This document shows positions 36,432 through 49,080 of a stretch of 64,000 bases of DNA, in pieces. Every line of letters starts with the position of its first letter. The stretch's first letter is position 1. The DNA is taken from assembly GCA_973895155.1 (NCBI GenBank), contig OZ316895.1, positions 15,320,816-15,384,815 on the forward strand. The letters are read 5' to 3'. Position numbers and translations under genes: made by a program. Under the pieces are notes generated by a model. It was not told where the DNA came from. It saw only the letters and a program-made list of their open reading frames with translations, and did not search any database. This DNA comes from Marsupella aquatica (taxonomy: Eukaryota > Plantae > Marchantiophyta).

Positions 36432-38325
36432 CTCCACAACCCCAAGCTTTCAGTGCACTGAAATTTGAGAAGGTTACTATTATCTTCCTCCTCTAATGGC
36501 AGCCCTACTCTCACTAAGACGTTGCTTCCAGAGATGCCTGCCCATCAACGGAAGTAGTCGTTGCTGCTGCTGCTGCTGCTGTTGCAGCAGCAACTCCACC
36601 AGCCGTGAATCTAATCTGACTGCCAGGCTACAATATAGTGATCGTATCTGCCCGGCCACAATCATGCCGCAAATCCCGAAACTGAAGTTATTACTACTTC
36701 ATACCAGTTCCCGAACCACCGAGCTGAGAGTTCCAATTCCCAATCCTCGATAAAACCTCCAGGTCTCGCTTCAAATCCTAAATCACTTCTTGAACCTTTC
36801 CACCAATGAGCAAATCTGTGGTGCTAGCTTCTTCAATCCGTCTAGAGTTCTCCTCAGCTACGTCGATGTTGAAAGGTCCATCAACAATCATACATGCCGC
36901 CGGTCGCTCCCTCTACACCCCCCTCTCCTTCCTTCCCCGTGAGTCCTCCTTCCTCATCCGTCGTCGACTGCCAATGCTGTTCTCATCGGACACAACTATA
37001 AAGTCTTTCTCGTAGTTTCCCTCCCTCTCGCTATCTCCGGCGGAGATACACAATCCTGATCCAAACGAAATGGGCACAAGACGAATGGGCAAATTTCCAC
37101 TTGCTGTCTAGATCCTCTATCCTCCTCCTACTTCAAATGGAGGGCTACCGTCCTCCCCTCCGCTGTGTCGCAAAATGCTCCAGGCCAGGCGCGCAATCTA
37201 ATCTCGTACGTTCCTCCTCTCGCGCGCTGTGTATCTGTCTCTGTCTGTCTGTCTGTCCTCTATCTAGTTCGGCTTACCATACGTACGTCCGCACGCACAG
37301 ATGTTGTACAGTACCTCCCTTGAAGCTTTCATTACGATTGCGTCGACCAGTTGACACTCTCAGCGCTGTCCGTGTCAAGCTGGAGCAGCTCGCTGCCTCC
37401 CTCCCCCCACTCGCCCCGACTGGTCTCTATCGCCCGACAAACCTGCTCACTCACACTTCGGAACAACCTTTTATTTTATTTAAATTACGACATCGCTTGC
37501 TTGATCGAGGATGATGGCAGGCATATCAAGAGACGTCACAGAAGCAGCACACCTGCAAAAATCAATCCGACTCTAGTTTGCCTACAGTACCTTTTCTCGC
37601 TCACTAAACTGAGTCACTTCTTCTGACTGCTGCGGGTGTTCTAGTGCTCTGCCTGTTGTTGTTTCTTGTTCAACGAATACCAACTCGTCAGGCTCCATAC
37701 GAGGTGGCCGGGCGTTTGAGAGAACTTACTGCTCCTAATGGACAGACCACACTCACGGCAACAATGTCAGGCTCGGATGATCGTGCATGTTTGTGATATC
37801 TTCAGCAGCTCTGAAAGAAGAAAGTTGAACAAATTGCGAATAATCCCGCGCCATCGTGTCACCCGCTCGCTCACCGCCACGCACCAGGACAGACGCCGTG
37901 ACAGCTTTTTCTGCCCTCTCTTTCTCTCTCTCCCAAACTCTCAACTCACATCCAACTTTTTATTGTCCCGAACCTGTTAATCTCCTTCCATCCATCAGTG
38001 CATAATTACAGCCTCATACCACGTGCCTACCATTCCATAGTGCGATCAATAATTCGAGCCGGTTCGAGCATCGCAGCGCAGCGAGCTTCACGACGATCCC
38101 TTCCCTTCCCTTCCCTCCCATTCCCGTCCAGACATCAGACCGACTTCACAATCACAATCATCACATGATGGTTGCTGCATCTGCTGGCCTGCCCTGGCCG
38201 CTGATACATTCAGCTCTCACTGCTCCTCTTGCAGCAAAAATCCAGTAATGTACAACAATTAGACCACCGGTCCTGCAATTCAACAGCAGCAACTGCTCCA
38301 GAATTGGCTGCCGAGTGCCGACATT

Positions 38326-38683
38326 GCAGATCACCGCAGATCACCGCAGAGGTTGCAGTACCGTAGTCCACCGCACTCCACTCCACTCCACTCCACTGAC
38401 GACCTCCCCGTCCACCATTAAAGCTCCTTCCGTCCTTTCCGTCCAAGCGTCCTCCCTCTCTTCCCCGTCCTCGATTGCAGCAGTCAAGCCATCTCACCTC
38501 ATCTCATCTCATCTCATCTCATCTCATCTCACCAGTCCGCACCAGCCACCAGACCAGAAGCTCACCAGAGCTCACCAGAGCGGTGCTTTCATTTCATTCA
38601 TCGCTCATCAGCGATGGCTGCCAATGTCACAGAATTGCAGGGACCCAGGGACAAAGAAAGACTGACTCTACTCTACTCTACTC
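38326..38683. repeat. Cluster of short microsatellites
   Basis: (TCACCGCAGA)x2, (CTCCA)n, (ATCTC)n and (CTCTA)n tracts. Confidence 0.85.
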
Positions 38684-38866
38684 TGCGTTTCACGAGAACA
38701 GCAGTCGTAGTGTTACAAAATATGTACAGTGCGAAACTGCACTCCGTGGTTAAGTGCACACTGACATGTGATTCCCTCATATTACAGCAATTTCCTTTGT
38801 AAGTACACCAAAAAAAATGCAATTTACATAGAGCATAAGTCCTGGTGTATAAGTGTATTCTCTCAG

Positions 38867-38983
38867 GGGACAAGTTGATAATATTAGGTAGTTTAGGGGA
38901 TAGGTTAATAAAAAGCTGTCTCCCTTGCGTGAAGCATTTTATTAACCTGTCCACCAAATTACTCAATATTGCTAAGATGTCCC
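38867..38983. repeat. Imperfect inverted repeat with ~48-bp arms (MITE-like hairpin)
   Basis: GGGACAAGTTGATAATATTAGGTAGTTTAGGGGATAGGTTAATAAAA versus the reverse complement of the right arm, GGGACATCTTAGCAATATTGAGTAATTTGGTGGACAGGTTAATAAAA. Confidence 0.75.
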
Positions 38984-39917
38984 AAAACAAACTTAATAAT
39001 CAACATGTCCCCCATTTAATATTTGTATAAAACCCATATACATATTAATTTTAATACAAATTAGGGGATAAGTTAGTAAAAAATTGTTCTAAAATGTGGT
39101 TAAGTGCAGGTCAGCTAGGTGGACCCCTATGATATAGAGATTTCCTTCATACATGCATCAACAATGCAGGTTGCATAAGTGCAAGTGACACTGACTAAAC
39201 TACGATTGCGTAAGTGCAAGTGTATAAATGCATTTATGAATTACTGCATTGCATACATATAAAGAGCATTTATTGTAATGTACTATAGGGGATTACGTAG
39301 AGTATTTCATGCTCTTAACCAGTTGAATCCTCCCAATATTAAGGGCTTCAAGCATGAGGAGTCATGTGTGTGTGGCCCTAAAACACGTGTACGTGCATAA
39401 GCATTTCCCAGACACGTATTGCAACCATGCATATATCGAAAAATGCACAAATCATATCCCATATATGTATGACATATTGCATACTGCGGATAAGTTTAGA
39501 CTTGGGGACTTGCCAATTTTGGGTGAACTTTAGTTCAGTTGAAGTTCCAAACTTACTGTCGGCAACTGTATTGTAGAAAATGGCCCTAGTGCTTATTTGA
39601 AATCATATTGTTCACTATCTTGTCATAGCCTTATTGTTCAACCTATTGGGATTCGACCAAATGTGAGCATTTTCTCATAATCTTGTCCTAGAATCTGTAA
39701 GGGGGTAATCTTATCCAGAATAAAACTATGCACAAAAATGTATATCTGGGTAGAGATTTTAGTCCTAAACCCTAAAACTTTGTTATTACCAGGACAAAAT
39801 CACTATGGGTTATCAAAATACTTATCTCATAAGAATGATATTTCCAAAAAAAGCAATAAATCATAACACTTTGATTATGGATAACTTTGACACGTCCTAG
39901 TAGGAAGCTATAATAAT

Positions 39918-40094
39918 AGGGCATCTCAAACTTCGCCTTGCTGCTTCTGGTTGCGATCAGAGACAGAATCCCGGGATAGAAGTGACTGGGCACCAAAATC
40001 AGTGTCCGCACCCCGCACAATGCTGAACCATGACCGAAATTGCTAGTTAGGGACCTCGTTTTAATTTTCGCAACTCTAAGGATTGAGACGCCCT
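39918..40094. mobile_element. 177-bp MITE with 12-bp TIRs and AAT (or TA) target duplication
   Basis: AAT-AGGGCATCTCAA ... TTGAGACGCCCT-AAT. The same terminus AATAGGGYGTCTCAA recurs at ~12156, ~41159 and ~41249. Confidence 0.7.
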
Positions 40095-41151
40095 AATAGG
40101 ACGGGCTGATGAAGGACGGGACGGGACGGGACGGGCCTTAATAGGGGGTCGGCGGTGCGAAGAAGAACACGAACATCCACCGTCTACCGGTCCCGTCCCT
40201 CCCGCTAAGGGCCATCGTCGTCTACGAGTCCGTGATCGAGGGCAGTCTGCAACGGCCCACCGTCAGTCCGAGAGCTCGACGGGTGGGATTGGCTCATTGA
40301 TTACGGCAGGGCACGCATGCACGCACCCCCGCCTTCGATCCTCGGACTTGCCGTCGGACCGGTCAGATCCGCCGAGAGACCCGCTGATGAATATGCCCTA
40401 GTAGCGAGTGGACCATGCCAGTATGGGGTTTGGTGGCCTGTAATTATGTCCAGAGCTACCGTAGAGGAGACAGTCAGCTTTTCGATTGCTTTTTGCTCGA
40501 TAACATTGTACCCGGAAATCTTTCTGGCGTCTCTGCGATTCTGCCTTGTACTCCCCCTTTTTTGGATTCTGAATTTTCAAATTTTATGATTGTGTTTGGT
40601 TTTTTAAAAAACTTCTGCCGTTGTCCTAAGGAAGAGAGACTACCTCGCCCAATGCCAGAGGGAAACAGACTGAAAACTCCGCTTTACATCAAGATACGCT
40701 AAGTGTTATTAATTTAAAAACAATATACACTGAAAAGTCAGTGTTTATATCAAGATATTTGGAACATTCTGAACATTTACATGCAAGAATATTTTGTGAG
40801 TCAAAGTCCCAAATTCTAATAATTGTTTATTTGTCTTGAGAACCCTGGATGGCTAGGGTACCTAGGGTACTATAATGCTGGTAGTAGAATCCTATCTACC
40901 CATTGCAAAGCAATCCTGCCCAACTGAATTCTCGTATGCTTCCAAACCTACCCATGTCCAACGTCCTAGCCAAGGATTGAAGCGTGTAAATGACCACTTC
41001 CGTAGTCCTCACCTTGCCTCCCCTCCCCTCCCCTCCCCTCCAAATGAAATGCTATGCTTCACAACTGAGAGGTTCTGCAGACACTCCTTTTAATTTTTTC
41101 CAACCCTGCCCATGTCCAAGATCTTAGCCAAGGACTGGCTTAAATTAGAAG

Positions 41152-41333
41152 ATGTATAAATAGGGTGTCTCAAAGTTTAGTAGTGCCTTTATGGGTTACA
41201 GACACAATCTTATGTATAGGATAGTGTCATGATTAGAGAGCATGTATAAATAGGGTGTCTCAAAGTTTAGTAGTGCCTTATGGGGAACAGACGCAATCTT
41301 TATGTATAGGATAGTGTCATGATTAGAGAGCAT
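41152..41333. repeat. 90-bp tandem duplication containing the MITE terminus
   Basis: ATGTATAAATAGGGTGTCTCAAAGTTTAGTAGTGCC...GATTAGAGAGC x2. Confidence 0.92.
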
Positions 41334-42000
41334 TTGAGATCTATCGCCCCCAAAAACGAGGCTGGTAGCCCAAGTTTGAGGCCTGATAATGCCAATAAAC
41401 TATGACATTAAATTCTGTAAAACTTGAGTGATTTTTTGGGAACAGACAAAAACAAGTAAACCTATAAAATCCATTCAAGGCCCATGCAACAATTTGTTTC
41501 CATGCAATTGGTCTAAAGTATGAAAGAAGTTAAAATTAGAGATTAGAGATTCTATGTAGACGGATAGGAACTGGTTGGAGGGATATAGTATATTTTCCTG
41601 ATACAACCTTTTATATTGTCTTACGTAAAAAGAAAAATTTTTGGCTTTTACAGTACTGGATTTAAGGTATTATGGAAAATTATTGCCCTGGAAAAGACAA
41701 AGAGAAAACTCAAAAAAGTCATAAGGATGCTTCATGGGCTGGGCACCTCATAAATTTAAAAGCAAAACATCACCAAATGATGAGAATAGTTAGGGTCAAA
41801 TCTTATGACCAGAACCTGTTTGTCATATTGCTCAATGATTGAGATGTCCCAATAACCACTTTGTTAGTCCTCACCTCTCATCCCAACGAGAGGTAGTGCT
41901 TCAAAATGGGAGGCTGCCAGTTGCGTGGCAGGCTTTTAGGCCAGGGTTTCCCCTTGGCTCAAAGGAAAAAACGGGGAGGCAGTGAAGATACTCCTTTTAA

Positions 42001-42126
42001 CTTGTTGTCTCTATCCATTTTGAAGATTATATGGTGGATTGGAATCCTCCTCAGATTTGTGTAGACCCTATGTTTACAAGCACACTAGTGAGCCACATAT
42101 CCTTTGCAAAAACAATCAAATTCAGG
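42001..42126 (-). pseudogene. Decayed SWIM zinc finger, possible Mutator-type transposase relic
   Basis: Minus frame reads PEFDCFCKGYVAH*CACKHRVYTNLRR, matching the CxC-x9-CxH pattern with one stop. Confidence 0.4.
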
Positions 42127-42831
42127 GATTAAGGGGGAGAGTTTTGAACTTTCTGTCTAAGTGATATTTCCTCTCTAGTCCTGAAACCTATATTCCAAGA
42201 CCTTCCCTTCCTTGTGCTTGAGAATATGTTTCAATAATCAACTTTTGCCTTTGTGGTTGTGCCATTGTTTTGCCATATCCCCTCAGGTGGTCAGGGGTGC
42301 TTGTGTATAGCAGGTCTGAGGTTCAATCCCAGAAAAGACAGTTCTGCACCCGGCTTTGCTCCACCGTATAGCATGGGTTTTGCTCCAAATGTATTGGGCA
42401 GGTTTATTGTGTTTTGAGCCACAGGCACTTGTGGTGTGGCGCTTGTGGCAATGTAGGAAATATGTATAGAATAAAGCAGGTGAATGTCCAGCCTGCAAGC
42501 CAGTTGTGTGGCTTGCACAAAGAAGTTTCCCCATTAGAAACTGTTTTGCTATAGGATGCTTGTACAGCTCCAAAGAGCCAAGAACATTTAAATCAAGCTT
42601 TGTCTTTCTTTAATTTGTGAATATAAATGCCCACTTGACTAAAAGAAACACAGCATGAGGGACACACAGATTTTGTTTCATTCGCAATTCACTTGTAAGG
42701 CAGTCCTCTTATAGTTCCATGTAAGATAGTTCCTGCTATGCTGTTATGAATAACAACTCAACAATTCCTGATGTTGCTCTTGAATTCTTTGGGTTACACT
42801 CAAAAGCTGGTTGAAGCAAAGGGACTTTTTG

Positions 42832-42947
42832 TATTTTCTTCATGACCAGGTGTAGTATGCAAGTTCACTGTAGTACTTTCCACATGCTTTATTTTCTTCA
42901 TGACCAGGTATAGTGTGCAACTTCACTGTAGTACGTTCCAAATGCTT
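42832..42947. repeat. 58-bp tandem duplication
   Basis: TATTTTCTTCATGACCAGGT.TAGT.TGCAA.TTCACTGTAGTAC.TTCCA.ATGCTT x2. Confidence 0.9.
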
Positions 42948-43032
42948 CTGGTGTTTTTCCCTGCTCCAAGGATGAGTCCCAATTTTGGTGTGTTGCCAGG
43001 TCTTTACGCCTGAGTTTCAATGACTGAGTTAA

Positions 43033-43087
43033 AAAAATGTATGGTCTAGAGATTACAAAAATGTATGGTCTAGAGATTACAAAAATG
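43033..43087. repeat. 24-bp tandem duplication
   Basis: AAAAATGTATGGTCTAGAGATTAC x2. Confidence 0.92.
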
Positions 43088-44267
43088 CAATGCCCGGAAG
43101 AGAAACTGCCTCATGGTTCATTCTTTCAGACCACCTCAAGAGGGGGTCTAAGTTTGATCTAAGTTTTTGACAAAAAAGGTTGTACACAGCAGCAAAACAA
43201 GAGACCCACCAGCAGGTACCTAGGATCAGTAACAGTTTTGCTTCATCGTGCTTTCAAGTTCATATAAAGTGAAGGATGGTATGTTGTCACATTTGACTGG
43301 TTTAGGGTTTAGGCATCTCAGATACAGGAAAAGAAAAGTACTTCCACTTCTTGTAAAGTTCCCCCTCAATGAGAGGTTTGTGTTTGTATGAGTGAGTGTA
43401 GTCAGTTTGCTATGATATTGAGGACTGGTATTTGCCCGTAATTCCCTCCATTTTTCTCTATAAATGTATTGAAAACTACAAAGAGAAAATCACCAAAGGC
43501 TTTAAGTATAGATTAGTAGTGGTAACATGGCATTGGGCATTGTGTACTATGATGCCAAATGATGAAGGCTTTGATTTAACTTTTGAGAGGCTATTATTGT
43601 CCATCATACTCTGGTAAAGGGAGCTTCATACACTTGATGGGTGACCTAAGATATTTCCTTTTCTACTAATTTAAATATTCAAAATGGGGTGATCATCTTG
43701 ACTCTTCATTCTTCTCCATAAATGCCCCAAAAATTATATAGAGAAATTTCACAAAAGGCATTAATACGAAAAAGAACAGAAAGGATGAACCAAGTGCACA
43801 GGGCTTTGGGCAATGCTTACCATGGGCAGGTTTGGAAAGGGGGGCCAGTTCCAACTCCCAGTCAACAGGTCAGGATAGGGTAGCAGGGAGTGCTTTGCGA
43901 GTTGCGCACAGGCAAGAGATTGCCCCTCGTCACTCTTGAGGGTGAAATTGCCCCTCATCACTCCTCAGCAGTACCCAACCCTTGCTGGTTGGAACCCAGC
44001 CCTAAAGTTCCCTTCCACACAGGTTCAAACCTTTGGGGGCTGTCTTGGACTTTCAATGGCCCTTTTTTTGTATACTATCAGAGTGCCAAAGAACAAAAAT
44101 GTCAAACTTGGAGACAGTGTCCCAAAAGGCAAAGCAACCCAATAAAGGGATGGGAAGAGGAAAGGGAAAGGCCCCAAGAATACCAAAGAAGGCCTACGAG
44201 CCAGGGAGTCCCCTCCGACAGCAAAGGGGGAAAAAAAGAAAAAAGTCCAGTACCACAAATTAACTGA

Positions 44268-44459
44268 AAAGATTAATACTGGGCAGAGTAAACAAATAAA
44301 GTTAGATATACTTTCATTGTCCCTCAAAGCTGGGTGGCATCTTCTTGGCCTGTTGGAATGTTAACGGAAAGATTAATACTGGGCAGAGTAAATAAATAAA
44401 GTTAGATATACTTTCATTGTCCCTGCTGGGTGGCATCTTCTTGGCCTGTTGGAATGTTA
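44268..44459. repeat. ~100-bp tandem duplication
   Basis: AAAGATTAATACTGGGCAGAGTAAA...GGCCTGTTGGAATGTTA x2; the second copy lacks CAAA. Confidence 0.92.
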
Positions 44460-47056
44460 TTGCCCTTTTGCAAAATGCCCTCGTTGAAAGGACTTCCAAT
44501 TTAGTACCTACCGTAGCTTCGCCATAGACGGGTAGGTCCTACCGAAACAAACATGACATCGAGGTCCTCTTGGCAGAAACCTTTACAACACTAAAGGAGT
44601 AAAGTAAGCCAGTGATTGGTAGGAGTCCCTTCCAACACCAATCGGTCATCGTTGAACTGTGCGCTTTTGGGAGTTTGCGAGCTCTGTAGTTCCAGAATCC
44701 AGATTGAGGCAACAGACTGATGACGCTGCCGTTGTTGTGGGTAGCTTTAATTCTGGTCGTTGCATCAAAATGCCACTACAGAAGAATTGCCTCGGGTCCT
44801 GGGTTTATTAGTAGAATTGTGACACCAGACAATGCTTTACTTCATGGACTTGGATCCTGTCTCCCAGTATGGTGTCATTTGTTCTTTCCAGTATTATATA
44901 ATTATGTGGTCTATCTGCATTATAATTAGCTCTTCAAGTCTAGCACTCATGACCTACGGAGTGGAGTGGAGTGGAGTCAAGCCATATACTTTAGGTAAAA
45001 ATAAAATCCATATTTAAACTATGTTTAGAGTGTGAAAGAGCCCTTCCCGTGCATACACACCTGGCATAGGGCTAGGCACAATTCTTTCTCCCACCTAGTT
45101 TGCATCAAAACATGACAAATACAATGTATGACATCAGTCCATATCATGATAAATCTAGTTAATTTTACTTAAATCAACGAGTGCACATTACATATTACCA
45201 TATTTTGATAGGGACCTGGTTGGTTCTCCATCTCCTTGGCTTGAGTGAATCATAAATGTTCTACAGCAGTTCTTACCAAATGTGTGTAGTCTTCTCAGAA
45301 TGCTCTTCTGGTCTGCATGGCTTTTTGCAAAGTTTCAACAGTTCTATTGTGCTTTGGCTTGCTGTCCCCATGCAGTTGATGGATATGCACGTGCTGTACT
45401 TGATACATCCTACCATAGAATCAATTAACCTACATGTGTTAGGCATTTACTCTTAGATCTAGAGTTACAACTATGCTCGTAATCAGACTAACCATAATTA
45501 TAACCTTGGTTGGGTTAGTCATACTGCATCCTATAGACACAAGTGGGTGCTCACTTGTGAGCAGGAAATCAGGTTCATTGTTATAGAGTCACTTGAGAGA
45601 TAGGAAGAGGCTATGCTACGAAGACTTGGTGCAGCAGAAAACTTTAGAGTGCATTAAAGTTTTTGTGTGTTCTTGCAAATGTAACCTCATTGAAAGAGAA
45701 TTAACCTCATTGTGTCCACTATTTATTTCTTGCATGGTCATGTGTATGTTGGTGCAAATCACGTCTTTGCTCAACAACATGGGCGCAATAGGCCAAACAA
45801 TGTTGCAATGGAAGGACATGGGTGTGCGTACCTTGCCTGCCTTGTATCCTACCACAAATTCAATATACAAAGGCCTGTGACCAAACCCATGTGGTACCAA
45901 ACCCATGTGGTCACAGTAGGCTAAACAATGGTCAGATGATAAGTTTGGGCCACTTGCCCCTCATCACTTTCATTGAACTAAAGGTCAACCAAAAAGCGAA
46001 ATGTTTGCCTTACTTGGGAGTTTATTGCTCTACTTTCATTGAAACTTTCTCAATTCCCCTTTCAGACCAGTATACAAAGATATTTTGCCAGGGTGGCATG
46101 TGTAACCGTGTGTCAAGCAGGAGATCTAGGAAGGGCTCTTTATCTAACTGTCCAAAAACAATTACGACTAGCCCCGACTACCCGTTTTTTGAACATAATA
46201 GTAGAGAGTACAATAAAAAATTATCAAAATATATTTTTTATCCATATTCTTTGAAGGTTAATAAAATGATAAAAAAAATTCATCATTTTAATAGTCATAT
46301 ATAATATACCTTTTTCCTTTATGTGCACATGAGTATTTTTTAATACACATATGTCGTGGTGGGGCCATAATGCATATAGAAATTATCAAGGAAAATTGGT
46401 ATGTACATATATCATGTCATGAATTTCTCCCATGCACATGATGACCATAGAGTTATGGTCCAGAGGTTTCACTCTAGACCTAGGTTCTTAAAGTAGACTT
46501 GAGTTGGCGCTTTAATAATAAAATTACGTCCCCCAAGATCTGAGGAGAGTCATAAGGTTTTGGCTCGTAGAACATTTCGAGGCAAGGGTGATAGACTAAA
46601 AAGTAGAGTAAACCAAGACATACAATTAAGTGGTTGGAGTCACTATGGTCTCTACCATTGAAGGAATCTATTAAATTAAGTACAAATCCCTCCAAATGAT
46701 ATCATGAATGTGATGATTTGGAGAGCAGATTTCGATTGTTTCCTTTTGTTTCTGGCAAATGACAGTGAGTTTTCCCTCATTTGGGAGCCACAAAACCGTT
46801 GGGTTGTACTCCCTAACAAAGACTGTTAATGGCAAAGATAAAGTGTGATCTCTCAATCTTCAATCAATTGATGGAGGCATTAAAATTTGCTTTTATGACG
46901 TTTAACCACTTGTGGACTGCATGCGAACATAGTCTTGGTGTGTCACTAGGAACTGATATTGAAAAATAATTTTTAATTATTTTGTCACTATGATACCTGG
47001 TGCCCGTCAAACTGAGTGAAAACGGCCGACAAATCGGCAACCTGGCACCTGGGCTC

Positions 47057-47212
47057 GGGAGTAGTCCGGGGGGGGGGTGGGTTCGGGTTCGGGGGGGGGG
47101 TTCGGGTTCGGGGGGACGGTCCGGGTTCGGGTTTGGGTTCGGGGGCGCTCCGGGGGGGAGTTTGGGTTTGGCCTCCGGCCGGGGAGAGGCGGTCCGGGGG
47201 GGTTCGGGTTTG
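47057..47212 (+). repeat. G-run / GGGTTC repeat tract with G-quadruplex potential
   Basis: More than ten G-runs of at least 3 interspersed with TTC/TTT. Bracketed by two GGTGCCCGTCA direct repeats (~46999 and ~47304). Confidence 0.8.
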
Positions 47213-47683
47213 GATGAGTTCGAGAGAATCTTATCGAATATTCATCAAATTGGTCATTTTTGTGTCATCATTTTACAATTTGACGTGCTCGACAAGACAT
47301 CAAGGTGCCCGTCAGGTTAAACCGGGCTATGATAATACTTTCACTTTTTTTGTATATTTTTGTATATGAATGACAAGTTTAACAAAATGACCAAATGAAT
47401 CATATATAAAAACTGTGACACTTTGTAAATGTTTTTGAAAAATATAATATTATAAATTAAAATACCTTTAATGACAATGTATTTAAAAATTATATTGAAA
47501 AAATTTATGAAAATAATTACTATTATTTTCTTTCTTATTCGTGGGGGAAGCGAGAAGAGGGAATCCTGCCTGAGTGACCCGAGCCACGCAACTGGTACAG
47601 AAACTCAAGGGATGAAAACCCTCTGTCACTACTTGGGAGTAGTTCTCTAGGACTTTTTCCTTGAGATCTCAAAAAGATAGTGA

Positions 47684-48046
47684 TTTTACTGGAATTCCAT
47701 TATTTGAAAAAACATTTGGTGGTGTTCACTTTGGGTCCCAGTCTGTATTTTCTGATTTTTTTTGTCAAATAAATTATTATTTTCAAGACAAAATAATAAC
47801 ACTTGTTGGATTGCTGGACACAACTCAAAATGTGTATAAAAACAGATGCGGTTGGTGCATCTTGGGAGTTTACTGGGATTCCATTATTTGAAACAACATT
47901 TGGTGGCGTTCACTTTGGGTCCCAGTCTGTATTTTCTGAAATTTTTTGTCAAATAAAAATTGTTTTTCAAGACAAAAGAATAACACTTGTTGGATTGCTG
48001 GACAGAACTCAAAATGTGTGTAAATATAGATGCGGTTGGTGCATCT
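47684..48046. repeat. 184-bp tandem duplication
   Basis: TTTACTGG.ATTCCATTATTTGAAA...AGATGCGGTTGGTGCATCT x2, with anchors at 47687 and 47871. Confidence 0.92.
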
Positions 48047-49080
48047 GGGGCGTACATTAGATATGTAGTCTTGTAGACTACATATAGATGCGGTCAGTGC
48101 ATCTTAGAAAGTGTAGGATCAAATAACTGTAGATTGGGTTGGTGGGTAGTAGAAGATGGGTTTAATGGTTCTGCAAAATCTGCACCTTGGATGCTTTTGG
48201 GGCATGGTCACACCAGAAAGTTTTGGAGACTTAGACTAGTGGTCTACAGTGTAATATGCTGTCCTACTCTGGCTGGAGACGAGCCAAAGTTGTAGGCCAC
48301 CATTTGATACTGTCAGAGTTTAGCCTTTACAGTCCAGGTGTCTAAGTCTAGGGTCCCGGGAAGATGCCCCAAACTTGCACTTATCCATATGCACTGTACT
48401 ATAAGTGCATAAGGTATCATTTTTGCAGTTCTCCATATGCGTAAGGTCTGCACTATCCACTAAGTGAATGAGAAGTCACTTAACATGCACTTACCATGTG
48501 TTTTCAAGTTACGCACATTGGACTCCTCTTACTCCCCAAGTAAAAGTGGAGGTCCATGGGGGCATCAATTGTATGCAATCTCCATTTGGAGTTAGAAAGG
48601 TATATAGGGATTGTAATGTGAAACCAGGATGGACCTTCATGTTTGTCAAAATGCTGGATACACCTTTATAACCCACATGGATTGCAGCAACACCTTATTT
48701 CTGTTCTCATGGTGCGTATCACACAAGTGAGTGAAATGTGAGAAGAAAATGAGACAGCCCTATTTGGAAATTTATGGGACTGTCAATTCTCAATGAAGCT
48801 AGACCATCTTAGGCTCACTAGAAAGATCTTTCCAAACCCATCCAAAAAAATCAGATTCCATTGGAAATCTAGAGAGATACTCAATGTCAAAGTTTGTTGT
48901 TCAAAAACTTTCATAAGCACAATGTGATGTCACGTCTTCCATGGGAATTGCATGGTTCATGGGTTGAATCTATGGGAGCATCAATTGCAATACATTCTAC
49001 TGTGTGAAATTGTGAATGATTAAAAACATGAAGGAGAGGAATGATAAAGTGGTAAAAATATTAAAACACTTATTTGACAA

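Noticed and set aside
40100-40400. Two CTGATGA motifs as hammerhead cores or C-box elements
   Set aside because: No stem II followed by GAAA, and no properly placed D box with a terminal stem.
43761-44327. ORFs with faint LINE ORF1-like wording (VLCELRTGKRLP)
   Set aside because: The similarity is too short, with no RT or endonuclease motifs nearby.
47606-47620. AGGGATGAAAA resembling the Ac/Ds hAT terminal repeat
   Set aside because: The first base mismatches, and no partner TIR or 8-bp TSD was found.
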